This document shows, piece after piece, positions 59,615 through 64,000 of a DNA stretch of 64,000 nucleotides (positions are counted from its first letter, which is position 1; each line of letters opens with the position of its first letter). The notes under the pieces are model-generated. The model saw only the letters and a program-made list of their open reading frames with translations, searched no databases and was not told where the DNA came from. The translations under genes were made by a program, and so were the position numbers. Where the stretch lies: the NCBI RefSeq assembly GCF_009914755.1, contig NC_060926.1; one strand, 5' to 3'. This stretch comes from the human T2T-CHM13v2.0 reference genome, Homo sapiens.

Positions 59615-61090
59615 TGTCATGAACATATGATGGAGAAAAGACAATCTCTTCAATAAATGGTGCTGAAAAAACTGAGTATCCATATGCAGAAGAATAAAAC
59701 TAGATCCCTATCTCTCAACATATAGAAAAATCAAATCAAAATGGATTAAAAACTCAAATCTAAGACCTCAAACTATGAAACAACTAAAAAAATACTGAGA
59801 AATTTCTCCAGAACGTTGGTCTAGGCAAAGATTTCTTGAGCAATATTCGAAAGCACAGGCAACCAAAGCAAAAATGGACAAATTGGATCACATCAAGTTA
59901 AAAACATTATGCACAGTAAAGGAAACATAGTGAAAAGACAACCCACAGAATGGAAGAAGATATTTGCAAACTATTCATCTGGACAAAGGATGAATAACCA
60001 GAATATATAGGAAGCTCAAACAATTCTATAGGAAAAAAAATCTAATAATCCAGTTAAAAAAAATGGGCAAAAGATCTGAATAGACATTTCTCAAAAAAAA
60101 AAAAAAAAAAAAAAAAGACATACAAATGGCAAACAGGTATATGAAAAGGTGCTCAATATCATTGATCATCAGGGAAACGCAAATCAAAACTACAATGAGA
60201 TATAATCTCACCCCAGTTAAAATGGCCTCCATCCAACAGACAGGCAATAATGAATGCTAGTGAGGATGCGGAGAGAGAGGAACTCTCATACACCACTGGT
60301 AGTGATGTAAATTTGTATAGCTGCTGCAGGGAATAGTATGGAGGTTCTACAAAATATCTGATAGAATTACCATATGATCCAACAATTCCACTACTAGGTA
60401 TTTATGCAATGGAAATGAAATCAGCACGTTGAAGAGATATCTGCATCCCCATGTTTATTACAGCACTATTCACAATAGCTAATATTTGAAAACAAGTTAA
60501 GTCTCCATCAGTAGACAAACAGATAAAGAAAATGTGGTACACATAGATGATAGAGTGCTATTCAGCCATACAAAAGAATGAGATCCTGTCATTTACAACA
60601 ACATGGATACAATTGTAAGATATGTTAAGTGAAGTAAGCCAGGCAAAGTAAGACAAACTTCACATATTCTCACTAATTTGTGGGATCTAAAAATAAAAAC
60701 AATTGAACTCATGGAGATAGACAGCAGAAGGATGGTTACCAGAGGCTGGGAAGGATAATGGACAGTGAGCAGAACAGGGATGGTTAATGGGTACTAAAAT
60801 ATAGTTAGGTAGAATCAGTAAGATCCAGTATTTCGTAGCACAATAGGGTGCTACAGTCAACAATAATTTATTATACATTTCAAAATAACTAAAAGAGTGT
60901 AATTGGAACGTTTGTAACACAAAGAAATGATAACTGTTTTAGAGAGCATAGAGACCCTATTTACCCTGATATGATTATTTCACATTGCATGCCTGTATCA
61001 AAATATCTTATTACCCCATAAACATATATACTATGTACCCATAAAAATTAAAAATTAAAAACAAAACTTAAAAAAAAATTTAATAAATGA
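59615..61090 (+). mobile_element. L1MA (L1MA1-3-like) 3' fragment
   Basis: ctcttcaataaatggtgctg...caaatcaaaactacaatgagata...cagtcaacaataatttatt...tatgtacccataaaaattaaaa, then an A-rich tail. Confidence 0.92.
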
Positions 61091-64000
61091 AATACCAGAA
61101 CAAATATTAGTATTCTTGATAGGTGTGGCCTCACTACAGAGCATTAGGGCATTTTCAGATTGGTGCTGTCAGGGCCTCTCTTGCTTATATTATCTAGCCC
61201 TGTAGAGAAAGGTATCTAAGAAATTGATCTCTGTCTGGGAAAACTGAAATTTTGCTCTTGGGTAGTAAGGACAAAAAGTTCCCAATCTAAAGCTTTGTAT
61301 AAGGAAAATCACTGCCAATATTAAATCTAGTTTAGATCTAGCTGAGATAATTTATAGGTCATTTTTCCTTCCTACATCTGTAATGTAAAATTGGAATTTT
61401 CATATACATTTACACTTGGATTTTCAAAAGCTATTTCAGATTTGAATCAGAATATAGTAGTAACATTTGTTCTCATGTGCTACTTTTGCAGGAGGAATGT
61501 AGCGGGCGGGGAAGAAAGGGATGCCCTGACATATAAAGGTACGGAAATGGAAATTGTCCATATTCTTATAAGTGCTCGTCACAATGTTTAAATGATGAAC
61601 ATTTGAGCCAAAGTATTAAGTTCTGATACAAAGGAGGCAGCAGCAATGTAATTCTAATTTCTTTTAACCAAAATGTAATTTCATGTTGAGCCTATTTAGT
61701 TTTAAATACTTGACAGTAGAATGGGCTATGACATTTATCCCATAAATATTTATTTACCAAGTCCTAAGTTCAATTTAGTTTGACTCTGTCTGTAACAGAA
61801 AGGTGAAAAAATATGGTCTCTGTTCTTACATTTTAGGTGGCTCATACTACTTACCATAAAAAGTACAAAGTGTTATAAGACTAAGAGAAAAGACCACTTT
61901 CATAAAATGATAAGGTCTGTGAAAAAGGTAATCATATTTCCCTAATATTGGAAGGTAAGTCATTTTGCAACTTCCTATTCTAACCAAGTAAATACTTTAA
62001 AAGGCAGCATTAAAAGATACTGCCCATATGCCCTAATTTAAATGACATCATGGAATACTTACAGCAAAGTTTCTAAAGGTTCACAGCAATTTTTTCAAGT
62101 CATCTAAGTCCATAACAAATGATTATGGAATCTCTATAGATTTTTATCCACACAATGAATTTTGGTAATATGGTAAAGGTCAGAAACTCAAATAAGGTGA
62201 TCATGAGTCTCATTAATTCCAAACAATATGAAATATGCTATTTAATATCCTTTTTCTCTTCTGTGTGCCCTTTCCTTAATTTTTAAAGCAAACAATTAAT
62301 CCTCTGCTTTGCACCAGCATGTTTTGATTAATAAGGATTTTATAACTTATGAAACAATCCAATAGCTCACTGTATTATATAATGGAATAGTCAGCACAGA
62401 GGATTCCGGAAGATTTCATTTGAAACTTTTCACATAATGAAAAGTCATTCTTTACTTTCCCTAAAGATCTAGCTTATAGATTATTCTGTGCATATTTCCC
62501 AAGTAAATAAATATATTAATTTCTGAGAATAAATCATATAAATTTTAAAAGAAAGCCCCTGGAAGCACACCTATTCTTATTTTGTAAAATGCTGAGGTCA
62601 TCTTAACATGGGAAAACAAAAAGGTGTCCTTAACAACTGAAAAAAATAGCAGTATTAAGATAAGATTTTGAAAATACAGGTGTTAGGGAGAAAATAATTT
62701 CTAGTATTGCAAGGTCTTCGTTTATTCAATACAATGTCATTTGAAAAGACTTCACACCTATATAATCTTTCAAGAAGGAAATTACATTGAATATACGACG
62801 AAAACCTTAATTAAAGCAACATTTTCTGTGTCTCTTTCTTCTCCAGCTCCATAAGAGGATTACATCTTTAGCTAAGGGCCTTTTGCTTTCAGTTCTATTA
62901 TCTTGCTTTTTATAACAGATTTTGAGCTAACGCTACACCAAGTAACAGTCTTAGTCTCCCAAACCTTGAAAAAATACACATAAAAGCCCCCAACTACTAT
63001 CTTTTATTTTTTCTTCTTATTATTAAATGTGCGTCTTCGTGTTGATTCATCTTCAAGAAGATATGAGAACTCAACAGCTAGTGGTAAAGTGGATAAATGG
63101 GAAAGAAATCAAAGCAGCGGCTAAACAGTAGGAAAGGACTATAAAGAAAGTATAGAAGATGTGCTAGATGGAGGATCACAGCCAATACAGAGAAGGGGCA
63201 AAGTCACATGCAATCAGGAAAACAGTTATTATAACTCCTTCCATCATCAGTCTCAGCAGAGAAAAAGAATGAGGGTAAGAAGTCTTATTACAAGTATCTC
63301 TAATAACTCCCAGTCATCAGTACAGGGTTCTAGCCAAGTTGGCCTCACTACCACCTGTCCCCACTTGTGCTGTGTTCACCTCTGTTTTTCTTTGTCTTCT
63401 CTCTTTCTAGAGGGCCTTCCTCCTCACTCTTCACTGGCTAGCCACATCTTACCCTTCAAGTAATCAAGTGTCAATTCTACCTCCTCAAGAAAACATGCTT
63501 CATCACAGCTGCTGGAAGTGATCTTTCCTCCTATGAGCCCCTGAAGCTCTTAAATCTAGCCCCCAAATCTGTCACATGCTTACCTCCCAAAGAAAAGCTC
63601 TTTCTTCCGGCATGCACCATCCTGTTCCTCCTTTTCTTTGTAATTCCTATCACTTACCAAGATTCCCTTATCGGGGGAGATGGAATTTGAGATGGGCCCC
63701 AAGTGTTGGCTGGATTTTATACATATGATGAAAGACGTGGAAGAAAATTCCAAGTCAAACATAAAAAGTTCAACCAAGAACTGTGACCTAAGACTGGGCA
63801 GGCCTTGCATGGGGTAAAATGAGTATCTAAGATGTTGTTCATGCAGAGCATGAGTCCTCACTCTTGTTCGGGTTGATGGAATATAATAAACTGGTGCGTA
63901 CAATATCACATAAACTATCCATAACGCAAACAATTCTAAAAGAAAATGTGATTAAATAAAATTGCATACAACATTAAAACCACAAACATATTTCTTCAAA

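Noticed and set aside
61494-61512. GC box (GGGCGG) as a promoter
   Set aside because: A single isolated motif in AT-rich DNA with no CpG island.
63580-63933. 117-aa minus-strand ORF
   Set aside because: Non-ATG start, no homology recognised, and the region resembles decayed L2 sequence (gagatggaatttgagatgggcc).

Overview
AT-rich, CpG-poor, non-coding primate (human-like) genomic DNA. I recognise no host protein-coding exon, RNA gene, CpG island or processed pseudogene, and I cannot name the locus. Roughly half the window is interspersed repeats. These are: a 4.2-kb 5'-truncated L1PA (all of ORF2, disrupted, with a perfect 15-bp TSD); several older L1M pieces; eight near-complete Alus plus one Alu stub; about eleven solo LTRs (LTR1/27-like, LTR9, MER41A, MER67-like, LTR53-like, MLT1/MST/THE1), most with readable TSDs; hAT DNA transposons (MER45-, MER58-, MER103-, MER5-like); and ancient L2, MIR and L3/CR1 remnants. 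Nearly all ORF-track entries are L1/Alu/LTR-derived or chance. Repeat-free islands (e.g. 1-600, 43.7-45.3 kb, 48.8-49.1 kb, 50.6-52.1 kb) could be enhancers, and the strand bias of LTRs and Alus hints at a long intron of a minus-strand transcript. I found no convincing new biological system. The best leads are local: a 48-bp in-frame duplication in L1 ORF2, an Alu deletion scar with a templated insert, a motif-rich LTR9, an unassigned LTR-like insert in an L3, nested TE stacks and candidate enhancers. Repeat family names come from memory of consensus sequences and need RepeatMasker/Dfam confirmation. Boundaries without TSDs are approximate.
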